This document shows, in pieces, positions 29,450 through 38,561 of a stretch of 64,000 nt of DNA; the first letter of the stretch is position 1; each line of letters opens with the position of its first letter. The notes under the pieces were generated by a model that saw only the letters and a program-made list of their open reading frames with translations, ran no database searches and was not told the DNA's origin. The stretch lies in IMG/VR virus record IMGVR_UViG_3300029288_000075, positions 64,001 to 128,000 of that record. One strand, written 5' to 3'. The stretch comes from a virus. Lineage: Duplodnaviria > Caudoviricetes. The position numbers and the translations under genes are program-made.

Positions 29450-30163
29450 TCAGCCAGTCTGGCGTTCTTCCACCGACGTTGACGCCAGATTCTTGTACAG
29501 ACCGTACTCTCGTACGCGGTCAGGGCCCCAGTAGTACCAGCTGTACTCGATGGAATCCCCAGGCATAAGGGTACCCGAGATGTCTTTGCCATGCCCATCT
29601 AAGGTACCCTCCGGATACCTAGGGTACACCCCCTCGAGCATGAAGCGGATACGGTCTGGCACTGGGAAGATGCTTGGGGGCATCGAACGGAAGAAGTCAT
29701 TCTTGCCGTTGTTGGAACCACCGCCAGTCCAGTTGCTACGTTGCAATATGACAACGTGGTCAGAGATGGCCAGGCACTTCAAGGCAACGTCGAGGGCCAG
29801 CGAAAACGGCGGATTGGTGATGGATACGTCAAGGTAGCGCTGCCCATTGCTGATATCCACCCCGTACTTCTTGGCAAGCTTTCGTGCGTTCCATTCCTTC
29901 AAGAAGTCTTTGGGGCAGTACAGCGTAAGTGGGATCCCTAAGTCTCGTAGTTTCGGTGCGCACTCTTCTCTCTTCTCTACGGCGTGCCATTTGCATCGGC
30001 GTGGACGCATCTCTTCCACCGCCTGAATGATACGTCCGTTTCCAGCGCAGGGCTCGAGCCATAGCCCGCCTGGCAGGGATACTTCTTCGAGCAATCGGCG
30101 GACACACCACATGGGTGTCTCCCAGTTTTCGGTGGTGTGCTTACCTCGGTTCGTGCTGGACAT
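29450..30163 (-). CDS. DNA amino-methyltransferase (m6A/m4C), orphan
   Basis: WETP, LEPCAGNG (SAM-binding), ITNPPF (catalytic). Confidence 0.85.
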   Translation of the reverse strand: MSSTNRGKHTTENWETPMWCVRRLLEEVSLPGGLWLEPCAGNGRIIQAVEEMRPRRCKWHAVEKREECAPKLRDLGIPLTLYCPKDFLKEWNARKLAKKYGVDISNGQRYLDVSITNPPFSLALDVALKCLAISDHVVILQRSNWTGGGSNNGKNDFFRSMPPSIFPVPDRIRFMLEGVYPRYPEGTLDGHGKDISGTLMPGDSIEYSWYYWGPDRVREYGLYKNLASTSVEERQTG

Positions 30164-30165
30164 AG

Positions 30166-31101
30166 CTACCTTTCACGACGGTTCCATTCGACCTTGTCAA
30201 ATCCAAGCTTGTCGATAATCCACTCAGTTACGTGTGGGCGTAGGGCTGTTCGCAGCCAGTTCTTTGTGATGTGCGGCGGTGGTACCTTGTGCTCGAGCAG
30301 TGTTTCGAAGCGTAGCGCGGCAGCCTTGTCGGTGCGCGCCCTTTTGAAGATATTGAAGCCTTCGGCCGTAAGTATCTTGACGATGTCGTACAGGCATACT
30401 CCGTCTGCTATGTCGCTGCCTGTAGCACGGTCAGGCACGCACAGGCTGGCCATAGGGGCACAGTAGTGCCGTTCTCTCAGGTACTTTGACATGTTGGCGC
30501 TGATGGTTCCCCAGGACCCTGTTGTCAGGTCAGCCAGGGGATCACTCACGTACTTTTGGTGGCTTTCCAAGTCGGCCTGCCACGGTGCGGGGCCTTGCAG
30601 TAGGAAGTCCAGGTAGGCAGTCACGTAGCTTCCCAGATCCCGGGCAGCACGAGAGGCATCCTGCGCAGGGGTCTCGGCCATTACTATGTAGCCGGCATAG
30701 TTGAATGACATGGGCATGTTGTAGGGGAATATTCCCTGTGGGCTCTTGATGTAGCCCAGCGTGCGGCAACCGCGAGGTGTCCCACCAAAGACCTGAAAGC
30801 CACGTGGCATGAACTCGTTCAGCCGCTGGTGCGTGCTTTTTGCAAACCAGCCGGCGTCGGACAGTGTGAAGAAGCTACGTCTAAAATGCAGGATAGGGTT
30901 GCGGAAGTAGCTGACCACGTAGGTGTCCCCTATCGAGTCATCCCAAAGGTCGATTCCGGCTTCGTCCTTCTCTGCGCGGTGCAGCGTGGTCTTGTTACAT
31001 AGGACACGCTTGTCGGGGTCGACCCGTCCCTGCATCATTGGGTACTTGGCCACTGTGGCTTGGTGGTCTTCGAGGATGCCTTTGGCTATTTCGTAGTCCA
31101 T
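30166..31101 (-). CDS. Hypothetical protein (probably leaderless)
   Basis: ATG 31101 lies 6 nt after GGCGATAAG; the longer ORF-track start overlaps a plus-strand gene. Confidence 0.6.
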   Translation of the reverse strand: MDYEIAKGILEDHQATVAKYPMMQGRVDPDKRVLCNKTTLHRAEKDEAGIDLWDDSIGDTYVVSYFRNPILHFRRSFFTLSDAGWFAKSTHQRLNEFMPRGFQVFGGTPRGCRTLGYIKSPQGIFPYNMPMSFNYAGYIVMAETPAQDASRAARDLGSYVTAYLDFLLQGPAPWQADLESHQKYVSDPLADLTTGSWGTISANMSKYLRERHYCAPMASLCVPDRATGSDIADGVCLYDIVKILTAEGFNIFKRARTDKAAALRFETLLEHKVPPPHITKNWLRTALRPHVTEWIIDKLGFDKVEWNRRER

Positions 31102-31107
31102 GAGGTA

Positions 31108-31136
31108 CTTATCGCCGCTAGTACAACTGAATTGCC
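31108..31136 (-). promoter_or_regulatory. Phage sigma-28-like promoter variant
   Basis: GGCAAT-N14-GGCGATAAG-TACCT; GATAAGTACCT is shared with the 45234 site. Confidence 0.6.
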
Positions 31137-31224
31137 GTTGTATTTTCCAACTACCTTGCATGTTCTCAGGATTTTGGGCATGCTGTACTCTCAAGTCGGG
31201 CTTCGAGCCAGAAAGTGAGATTGT

Positions 31225-31677
31225 ATGAGTCATTTCGTTTACGCCATGCAGAGCACAGACAGAGCGCCTGCCGGAGGAGGCACGACGCACGACTGGTTCA
31301 TGTACTACAAGTGGGACGTAGCGGATGAGACCTACGTACCCTACCTCCTTCCGGAGGGAGCCATGCGACCTGCAGAGCACGACACCATCTGGTTCGTGGA
31401 GGACCAGTATCCAATAGGCTGTGCGCAGGTTACCAAGGTTGTGGAAGACCACCTGAATGACAGGCACGAAATCTACTACGATACTCGGGAACTTCAGGAC
31501 TTCCATGGGCAACGGACGGTAAAAACGGCCCAGCCCAGTGGCTTGGTGACGTCTGCGAGCTCGGTGGCCTTCTTCGATGAGCTGAAAAAGCGCATGGATG
31601 TCGTGTATCAGCCGCGGTCAGTGCTTGCCTCCCAGGCAGTCACCAAGGAGGTAATTGCGGAGTCAGCTGCGAAGTAG
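31225..31677 (+). CDS. Hypothetical protein
   Basis: Intact ORF divergent from 31101. Confidence 0.6.
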   Translation: MSHFVYAMQSTDRAPAGGGTTHDWFMYYKWDVADETYVPYLLPEGAMRPAEHDTIWFVEDQYPIGCAQVTKVVEDHLNDRHEIYYDTRELQDFHGQRTVKTAQPSGLVTSASSVAFFDELKKRMDVVYQPRSVLASQAVTKEVIAESAAK

Positions 31678-31764
31678 TTGCTACAAGTACTTGCCAGCCG
31701 CCTGATTTTGTAGCAATACAGGCAAGTACAATCGGGGATAACCCCGCAGCACAGGAGCAGCACC

Positions 31765-32565
31765 ATGAGCAGCTACCAGAAATTCACCCTCGCATTCTTT
31801 CGTAAGCGTCTACAAGAGGGGGCCTACGAGAACGCCACCGGGGCTAACCGGGCCATCGGCAAGACTAGGGAGTTGACGGATACGGAAAAGGACAGTGCAC
31901 GAGCGTTGGTGCGCAAGCACTTTGGAGAGAGTGCGCCAGCGCCGAAGAAGGCAGCCAAGAAGACGGTGAAGAAGGCAGCTGCCAAGAAGACCGTCAGTAA
32001 GCCCGCGGCCAAGGCAGCCAAGAAGGCGGTGAAGAAGGCATCCAAGAAGGAGGCAAAGGCGAGCAAACCTGCGAAGAAGCTTGTCAAGCGTGTCAAGCAG
32101 GCAGCTTCAGGCAAGGCACCCGCCGCAGCCGCGCGTGGCAAGGGCAAGAGGAAGGGTAGCAAGCGCACTGTTCAGTCCAGCAAGGTAGAGGAACCTGCCC
32201 CGGCGCGGAAGGCCGTAGAGACCGGCGCCTCCCGGGAACAGAAGGACGTGCATCTGATCGAGTTGATGGGAACGGTGGTCAATACACTGAGCACCGTGGT
32301 GAAGTCCATGGAGTCTTCTAAGGACCTCTTCCCAAAAGCTGACCTGGAGGCTGGGGTAAAGTCCGCCCATGCTTCCATGACGCGGGCGGTGCGCATCATT
32401 GACGGTGCGCTCACCCCCCTGGACAAAAGTGCAGAAGGCAAGTCCGGGACGGTCACGGGAAAAAGGGGCAAAGGGGTAGCGGATAAGCAGGCCCCTGCGG
32501 ACGAAGAGGAAGTCGACACCGGTGTTTCCGAGGAGGATGGGGCAGGCGTAGCGGATGACGCGTAG
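31765..32565 (+). CDS. Histone H1-like basic DNA-binding protein
   Basis: PKKAAKKTVKKAAAKK... K/A repeats; AGGAG SD; acidic tail. Confidence 0.7.
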   Translation: MSSYQKFTLAFFRKRLQEGAYENATGANRAIGKTRELTDTEKDSARALVRKHFGESAPAPKKAAKKTVKKAAAKKTVSKPAAKAAKKAVKKASKKEAKASKPAKKLVKRVKQAASGKAPAAAARGKGKRKGSKRTVQSSKVEEPAPARKAVETGASREQKDVHLIELMGTVVNTLSTVVKSMESSKDLFPKADLEAGVKSAHASMTRAVRIIDGALTPLDKSAEGKSGTVTGKRGKGVADKQAPADEEEVDTGVSEEDGAGVADDA

Positions 32566-32567
32566 TC

Positions 32568-32846
32568 GTGCCTACTCTCGAGGAACATAAGCTGCAGCTG
32601 GTGCGTCAGCGGTTCGAAGGGACCCTACCTTGGTTTGAGCGTAGTACTCGAGCCAAGGTAGCCCTTCGTTCGTCCACCGTTGGCGGCAGCTTTACGCTGT
32701 GTGCCACATGGGTTGGCGGCACACATGAAAAGACGTACACCGTAGCGACCATACGTGACGTTGGTCGACGCGGATGTACCAAGTGGCTGGCAGAACAGTT
32801 CGTTCGCGAAGTGCTACTCAAGCAGGGAGAGGAACCAGACGAATGA
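32568..32846 (+). CDS. Hypothetical protein
   Basis: Coupled to the kinase (ATGA). Confidence 0.5.
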   Translation: MPTLEEHKLQLVRQRFEGTLPWFERSTRAKVALRSSTVGGSFTLCATWVGGTHEKTYTVATIRDVGRRGCTKWLAEQFVREVLLKQGEEPDE

Positions 32847-33622
32847 TCGTAGGTATTTCTGGTCTTTGTACGGATATCCACGGCGCACAGCGCGTAGCAG
32901 GTGCTGGTAAGGATGTCGTAGCGCAGCGGCTACTGCGGCATCACTCTTTTGTGCAGCTGGCGTGGGCAGATCCCATGAAGAGGTTCTGCCAGGAGGTATT
33001 CGCGTTTACGGATGAGCAGCTTTGGGGAGACAGCAAGGCACGTGTTCAGCCAGATCCTCGATACGTGCGGGTGCCAGCAGGCGAGTTGGACTCCATCACT
33101 GGGGAGCCCAACCCGCCGGTACCTGTTTTCCTTACGCCACGTTATGCGCTGCAAACGTTGGGCAACGACTGGGGTAGGGCATGCTGCCGTGATACATGGA
33201 TTCGCTACGGCATTCGTGTCATCCGGCAGCTGCAGCGAGGCGGTTGTACGTACTCCCCGCAGCAGGGTCTGCGCCCGTGCTGCGTTATCGACAGTGAAGC
33301 AGTGCGCCCAAAGACCCGGGTGGTGGTGTCCGATCTACGCTACTACAACGAGGCTGAGGGGATTCGTGAGGCGGGAGGTAGATTGGTGCGTGTGAAGCGC
33401 ACGGTGGACTACGCCTTTGCAGATCAGCAAATGGACGGACAGCATCAGAGTGAAGTGGAGTTGCCCACCTGGGGTGACGACAAGTTCGACTACATCATCG
33501 AGAATAACGGGGACAACCTGGACCACTTGAACCTACTAGTGGACCAGATGGTTGCCGTGTTCTCTGGAAGAGTGCAGCCATTCGACGAGTCCCGGCAAGA
33601 TGTGCCACCGTGCCTCAGGTAG
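32843..33622 (+). CDS. Deoxynucleoside monophosphate kinase (T4 gp1-like)
   Basis: IVGISG...AGKD, ADPMK, PRYALQTLGNDWGR, VVSDLRYYNE, HQSE. Confidence 0.85.
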   Translation: MIVGISGLCTDIHGAQRVAGAGKDVVAQRLLRHHSFVQLAWADPMKRFCQEVFAFTDEQLWGDSKARVQPDPRYVRVPAGELDSITGEPNPPVPVFLTPRYALQTLGNDWGRACCRDTWIRYGIRVIRQLQRGGCTYSPQQGLRPCCVIDSEAVRPKTRVVVSDLRYYNEAEGIREAGGRLVRVKRTVDYAFADQQMDGQHQSEVELPTWGDDKFDYIIENNGDNLDHLNLLVDQMVAVFSGRVQPFDESRQDVPPCLR

Positions 33623-33648
33623 TAGCCAGTACATGATAAGGTAGCCCT

Positions 33649-34044
33649 ATGGCATTCCCAATTTCTCTGGAACAGAGCGAGTACGAGACGCTGGTTGAGT
33701 ATGCCCGACAAGGCACGCTGGATGCCAACGGCCATGTGATCCAGGAGAAGGCTTTGGGCTTGGATGCATGGCTGAGGCTCATCGAGGGGAAGAACGATAT
33801 CCATCGCTACTTCCTGTGGGTGCAGTGGCAGGAGCAGGATGCTCCGCTGCCGGCAGGTACTTCTTTCCCTGACAAGTGGCCTCCAGAACTTCGGGAGTTT
33901 ATCGCTCTGACGTCACGCAGGATCGCCCGAGCAGATGTCGATGCCGTACTTGCTAGGCGAGCACGGCAGCCAACGAATGTACTGGTGACTTTGGACCCGG
34001 CAGCTCGGGTAGGCTGGACTGAGCTGGATCAGTTCTTCCACTGA
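33649..34044 (+). CDS. Hypothetical protein
   Basis: TGATAAGGT-N6-ATG, apparently leaderless. Confidence 0.65.
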   Translation: MAFPISLEQSEYETLVEYARQGTLDANGHVIQEKALGLDAWLRLIEGKNDIHRYFLWVQWQEQDAPLPAGTSFPDKWPPELREFIALTSRRIARADVDAVLARRARQPTNVLVTLDPAARVGWTELDQFFH

Positions 34045-34051
34045 GGTCGAC

Positions 34052-34342
34052 ATGCCAGACGAAGGACTGCACTGTCTGAATTGCGGTAAAGGTGTGAGGC
34101 CTGGCGAGGCTAAGCTTTTTGCCGAAGTCTTCTTGTGCCCCGCCTGCTACACGCAGGCGGAGCACTTCTGGCTCAGGCTGGACCGCGAATTACGTAGCCT
34201 CCTTGTTTTGGCCAAAGACGCTATTCGTGTAGCTCTACTGCAGGGCAAGTTCTCTTTTCCTGAAAGTGGCAACAAGGAAGTATCCAAGCGGGAAGTTCTT
34301 GAAGCCATCTTGACGATGGAGGAGCACAGAGGAAATGGCTGA
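34052..34342 (+). CDS. Small zinc-finger protein
   Basis: CLNC...CPAC; GAGG SD. Confidence 0.6.
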   Translation: MPDEGLHCLNCGKGVRPGEAKLFAEVFLCPACYTQAEHFWLRLDRELRSLLVLAKDAIRVALLQGKFSFPESGNKEVSKREVLEAILTMEEHRGNG

Positions 34343-34580
34343 TTCCTTGTTGGGTGAATACACGGCGGAGTGCACCTTCCCCTCATGCGTAGGCAAGTTG
34401 CGCTTTCAGTATCCAGCAGCCTCCAGGCTACGGCCAGGAGACATCGTTCCATTCGATTCAAGCAGACCTGACTTTGGAAAGTGCCCGTTATGCAAACGCA
34501 ACGCGATGCGAGTACAGACAGCCCCTTCCCAACCCTTGCCTTCTCCCCCGGTGGGGTTTTCGGAAATACCGACCACTTAG
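34335..34580 (+). CDS. Small zinc-ribbon protein
   Basis: CTFPSC...CPLC. Confidence 0.5.
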   Translation: MADSLLGEYTAECTFPSCVGKLRFQYPAASRLRPGDIVPFDSSRPDFGKCPLCKRNAMRVQTAPSQPLPSPPVGFSEIPTT

Positions 34581-34957
34581 CATGGTGCCGTCGCGACTGG
34601 CGTAGTCCTGTAGGTACCTTCGAGGGCTTCCACGAAGAGAAGAGCATAGAGGTGCTAGGTGACCAGCAGTATCTTTGGACACTGCGTAGGATCTCTCGTC
34701 TGTCTTTGAGTCACACGGCGACGCTGCTCATGTTGCAAGGGATGCAGTTGAAGCACCTGCTGTTGTCGAACTACTACGTCAGGCATCGGCTGCTGGAGGA
34801 GGAGCTCTTGTTAGGAGAGGTGCTGCTGCGGGTGGACCCGTGGAACTACCGAAAGACCTCCCCTGAGTTGACGAACCTGGCGCTGGTGTCCTTTCACGGC
34901 GCGGTGGACGAGGTCGTGCAGCAGCTGCTGCCCAGAGTGATAGCTGCCACCGCTTGA
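34481..34957 (+). CDS. Hypothetical protein (start uncertain, probably later)
   Basis: C-terminal part fills the gap; no clear SD/start. Confidence 0.35.
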   Translation: MPVMQTQRDASTDSPFPTLAFSPGGVFGNTDHLAWCRRDWRSPVGTFEGFHEEKSIEVLGDQQYLWTLRRISRLSLSHTATLLMLQGMQLKHLLLSNYYVRHRLLEEELLLGEVLLRVDPWNYRKTSPELTNLALVSFHGAVDEVVQQLLPRVIAATA

Positions 34958-35018
34958 CCCCCGGCCGATTTTTAGCTACGGTTTAGGCGTACGGTGTACG
35001 CCCAGAAAGGCGTCTTCC

Positions 35019-36332
35019 ATGAAGAGAGAAAGTGGCAGTGGAATTGTAAATCCAGGAGGTCCAGGCATACCGCCGACGACGGTGGTGCGTGACCCTTCAA
35101 ATCCAGTGCAGATGGGCGTGGGGGAGCCTTTTGTGGATGATAGGGTGAGAGATCCCGCTGCATTGGCGTACGCCGCGGGGGCACAGAATCGTCGCCGGTC
35201 GCCCTTGCCTTTGTATAGGACGCCTGTGGCAGGTGGGCCAGATGTGGCCATTCCACGACTGGACAGCGAAGCAGGGCAAGGGACCATGGCCGAGCAGGCG
35301 CAACAACAGCGCATGCCAACCGTCAACCAGCTGGTCAGCGAGATAGCTCAGCAGCCTGCACTTCGTTCTGGGATTGTATCCGGTACGGCGCACCAAGCGT
35401 CTCCTCCAGTTCCTCAGCAAATGAGGTCTCGAGCGACGCCCCTCGTGGTTCCAGGCCTGCAAAATGGGGACATGCTGCCTGATGAGGCGGAGCAAGATCC
35501 CACGTACCAGCAGGGGCATGGCAGTAGGTTTGCCATCAACCAACCTGCGCTGGCACTCAAGTATGGGGTGATACGCGGGGGTGAGCGCGTTCCCCCGCAG
35601 GTGCTGGCCGCCGGCGTTCGCTCCAAGCAAGGCGCATCAGCGGGCAAGCTAAGGCCTGAAACCGTTGAGGGGTTGCAGGCCATGAAGGCTCTGGAAGACG
35701 CTTCCAAGAGGGTCACGGCCAAGGCGGAAGATAGGCAGGTTTCCGCGGAGACTGCTGCAGGACCTGCAGGGGGTGCCGGCGAAACCAAGGCACCGATGAC
35801 GGACGATGAAGTTCAGAAGCTGTTGGACAGCCTGGATGACTACGACATCAGCCGCGTGAAGAAGGCGTTGTTCAAGGACATGTTGAACAACGACAAGCAG
35901 CGGGAGATTATTGAGGCTCGGTTGAAGCCCCTCGATCTGACCTCCCTCATCACGCAAGGTCGTGTAACCCAGATCGTGCCGGTAGTTCCGGGTGTGTTCG
36001 AGCCAGAGTTTCAATCCTACGATGGTGAGGAGGATCTCACTATCAAGCGGCTCATCGGGATTGAGGCTCGCTTGTCTGGGGCGGGTGACCGCTACGTGCT
36101 GGACAAGTACCAGCTGATGGGTCTTACGGTGGCGCTTCGGGCCATCAACAAGGAGCTGCTACCCGACTACTTGAACGCTGAAGGTGTTTTTGACGAAGCC
36201 CTTTTTTGGCAGAAGTACGACATCGTGTCTCGGTTCAATTACCACATGCTTGCCAGTATGATGGTGAATTGGTTCTGGTTCGACGCACGAGTTCGCAAGC
36301 TTCTCAAGGCGGACGAGTTGGGAAATGGATAA
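35019..36332 (+). CDS. Tail assembly chaperone (gpG-like, short form)
   Basis: Ends ...DELGNG* across a G_GGA_AAT slippery site; helical C-terminal domain. Confidence 0.65.
   Translation: MKRESGSGIVNPGGPGIPPTTVVRDPSNPVQMGVGEPFVDDRVRDPAALAYAAGAQNRRRSPLPLYRTPVAGGPDVAIPRLDSEAGQGTMAEQAQQQRMPTVNQLVSEIAQQPALRSGIVSGTAHQASPPVPQQMRSRATPLVVPGLQNGDMLPDEAEQDPTYQQGHGSRFAINQPALALKYGVIRGGERVPPQVLAAGVRSKQGASAGKLRPETVEGLQAMKALEDASKRVTAKAEDRQVSAETAAGPAGGAGETKAPMTDDEVQKLLDSLDDYDISRVKKALFKDMLNNDKQREIIEARLKPLDLTSLITQGRVTQIVPVVPGVFEPEFQSYDGEEDLTIKRLIGIEARLSGAGDRYVLDKYQLMGLTVALRAINKELLPDYLNAEGVFDEALFWQKYDIVSRFNYHMLASMMVNWFWFDARVRKLLKADELGNG
36320..36326 (+). promoter_or_regulatory. -1 programmed ribosomal frameshift site G_GGA_AAT
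   Basis: X_XXY_YYZ heptamer in frame, one codon before TAA; -1 frame open to 36748. Confidence 0.75.
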
Positions 36333-36748
36333 AGACTCCCGAGGGCTGGGCGCAGGCAAATCTATTGCTTGCGACTCTGAGGAGGCCGCCACCTCGGGGG
36401 TCTGCGCAATCGTATGTATTACAGGCACTCCTCATACACAAGGACCAGATCGAGTACATGCGCACGCTCGCGCTGGTGCAGGCAATCGTCAACAAGGAAG
36501 AGGCAAGTAAGACACTTGAAGCTTATCGTGACACGCAGATGCCGTATCTACCTCGAGTACAGAAGGTGGACCGGCAGAAGCACATTGAACGACTGATGGC
36601 TGAGGTGTCGAAAGGCCCACTGAAGATCACGCACGTCATGCACAAGCAGACAAAAAGCAAGTTGAGATCTCGGGTGATTCAGCGGTCGCAGGCAGAGCAG
36701 CTGGCGGCTGACAGGCGCTTGTCCGGAAAGATGGGCGGTATCGTATGA
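36326..36748 (+). CDS. Frameshift extension (gpGT-like) of the tail chaperone
   Basis: -1 frame WIKTPEGWAQANLL... with no SD/ATG of its own near the junction. Confidence 0.7.
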   Translation, partial: WIKTPEGWAQANLLLATLRRPPPRGSAQSYVLQALLIHKDQIEYMRTLALVQAIVNKEEASKTLEAYRDTQMPYLPRVQKVDRQKHIERLMAEVSKGPLKITHVMHKQTKSKLRSRVIQRSQAEQLAADRRLSGKMGGIV

Positions 36749-37173
36749 GCAACAGCGAAGTCAGGATTTGTCCGCAGTGTGGGAGTGCTGGGGTGAACTT
36801 CTCTGCCATGGTCCATGGGCGCGGGGAATGCCGTGGCTGCGGATGGAAGGGGACGCGCGAGGAGCTAGTCGTCATCCCCTTCAACCACTCGTTCATGACA
36901 GACGAGTCGGTGATGCTGCAATTCACGCAGGACTTACGTCAGCTGCTGGCTCGAGACGTTGGCGTGGTCTTGCTGACCTACTTGACCAAGTGGGGATTTG
37001 TCAAAACCACTGTTGTAGCAGGCAAGGTGGTCATCGATAGTAAGCAGTTCACCCGCTACCTGGTAGCAATCGCCCGCGCCATCATTGTCTCTATTCTGGA
37101 AGAGCGCAGTCGTCAGGAGGCGGCTGTACAAGAAGCCTCAAGGGAAGGAGAGAGCAGTGGCCGAGCCAGCTGA
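36745..37173 (+). CDS. Zinc-ribbon protein
   Basis: CPQC...CRGC. Confidence 0.6.
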   Translation: MSNSEVRICPQCGSAGVNFSAMVHGRGECRGCGWKGTREELVVIPFNHSFMTDESVMLQFTQDLRQLLARDVGVVLLTYLTKWGFVKTTVVAGKVVIDSKQFTRYLVAIARAIIVSILEERSRQEAAVQEASREGESSGRAS

Positions 37174-37411
37174 AAACGGAGGTACAGGGCTGTTTTGCTA
37201 CAAGGACCAGCACCGCCCGTGTGGTCCCGAGTGCATGGCTTACCTGCCTCAAGTACCCGACGGACCTTCCTACGTGGGGGTTCAGTGGGCGCACTGCCAC
37301 CTGCTCGTGAATGCTGAGCGGGTGGGCAAGCACATCATCATCGTGGTGGATCTACTAAAGCAAGTCAGGGCAGCCGGCTTGCGAAGTCAACAAGCGCCAG
37401 GAGTTATCTAA
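37157..37411 (+). CDS. Small Cys-containing protein
   Basis: AAGGAG SD, GTG; CYKD..PCGPECMAY. Confidence 0.55.
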   Translation: MAEPAENGGTGLFCYKDQHRPCGPECMAYLPQVPDGPSYVGVQWAHCHLLVNAERVGKHIIIVVDLLKQVRAAGLRSQQAPGVI

Positions 37412-38097
37412 TGCACGCGGAAATTATCGGTCTTGGTCAGCAACTCTCCCTGGTGGATGGCAGTTCGTCCCACCAGATCACGCTTGTTCTACCCAGCGGC
37501 GCTGCTTTCACCGCGGTGGTAGACGAAGAAGTAGCTCAGCTCGTCACTGAGGAGTTCGTAGCTGCAGGGGGCGAGGCAGTAGCTAGGGCGGTACAGGCTG
37601 CAAAGTCTGAGGGTCCCTCCAGACCTCAAGTACATCCAGCGCTGGCGCAAGCTCGGTCGGCAGAGCCAAGTGTGCAAACCCGGGATTATGCACCGATGGA
37701 ACTAGCTGACGGTCAAGCTGGTGCGGACGGCGATTTGGAGTTTGGTGGAGACCTCGAGCCAGGCACCCTGGCTGTCGTTGGTGACCAGCTGCGACAGGCA
37801 GAACGTAGTATTGCGGCTGCTATCGGCGATACTGATCCAGACAACCCCCAAGAGATGCATGCTGCGGCGAATCGACTGCGTGGCATAGGAGAGCTGCCAA
37901 CGCCAAACTGGGCGGTGCAAGCGCAAAGTACTAAGGGTCCTGAAGCGCCGGCGATGCCAAAGGCGGTGACGCGTAGAACCCTGCGTATAGGGCAAGATGC
38001 AGCAGGCAACCCCGTTCTCAAGGGTCCGGGGGTGGTCGACCACCGTGCGCTGCTTGGTGGAACATCCGTGGAAGAGGGAGACGCGGGGCAGTTTTGA
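37411..38097 (+). CDS. Hypothetical protein
   Basis: AGGAG SD, TAATG coupling. Confidence 0.6.
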   Translation: MHAEIIGLGQQLSLVDGSSSHQITLVLPSGAAFTAVVDEEVAQLVTEEFVAAGGEAVARAVQAAKSEGPSRPQVHPALAQARSAEPSVQTRDYAPMELADGQAGADGDLEFGGDLEPGTLAVVGDQLRQAERSIAAAIGDTDPDNPQEMHAAANRLRGIGELPTPNWAVQAQSTKGPEAPAMPKAVTRRTLRIGQDAAGNPVLKGPGVVDHRALLGGTSVEEGDAGQF

Positions 38098-38561
38098 TCT
38101 TTCTTGCCTGCCCCGCATGCCGTAAGGCTATCCGTGTGCACGGTGACATGGAGGAGATCACCACTTTGGTCGGTGAGCGCAGTGAGTTCTGGCCGGATAA
38201 GCACAAGTGCTTCAACTGCGACTGTTCTGTCATCTACTGCTTGACCATGGAGGTCAGCCCCGTGGCGCTGGCAGCTATGGACGTACACGACTTGACCCCG
38301 CAGGAAACCTATGCGGCATTGAACGGCTTCGGTTTGCCCGAGGAGCGAACATGCTGTCCCGAAGTTATCCTTCCGCTGTTTCAGGCCGTTGGTGTGTCAG
38401 TGAAAGGCAGCAGGATCAACACGGGCACCTACAGGGTGGAAGAGCTGACGTTCCCTGACGGCACTACCCTTTTCTTGGCACCAGCCGCTGTGGGGGCAGT
38501 AATCTACCGCGTACGGAAGAAGTCATCGTATGCAGAAAACGTGGAGAACACCCCAGCATGA
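38094..38561 (+). CDS. Zinc-binding hypothetical protein
   Basis: CPAC...CFNC. Confidence 0.55.
   Translation: MIFLACPACRKAIRVHGDMEEITTLVGERSEFWPDKHKCFNCDCSVIYCLTMEVSPVALAAMDVHDLTPQETYAALNGFGLPEERTCCPEVILPLFQAVGVSVKGSRINTGTYRVEELTFPDGTTLFLAPAAVGAVIYRVRKKSSYAENVENTPA

Noticed and set aside
28918-29598. Minus-strand ORF between the methylase and the 29231 gene
   Set aside because: Overlaps both neighbours heavily; a short real gene at about 29250-29425 cannot be excluded
31675-31713. Stop-codon readthrough stimulated by the downstream structure
   Set aside because: Another in-frame TAG follows after 11 codons, so there would be no meaningful extension
31930-32170. KxA matches in the H1-like protein as cleavage sites
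   Set aside because: Explained by its K/A repeat composition
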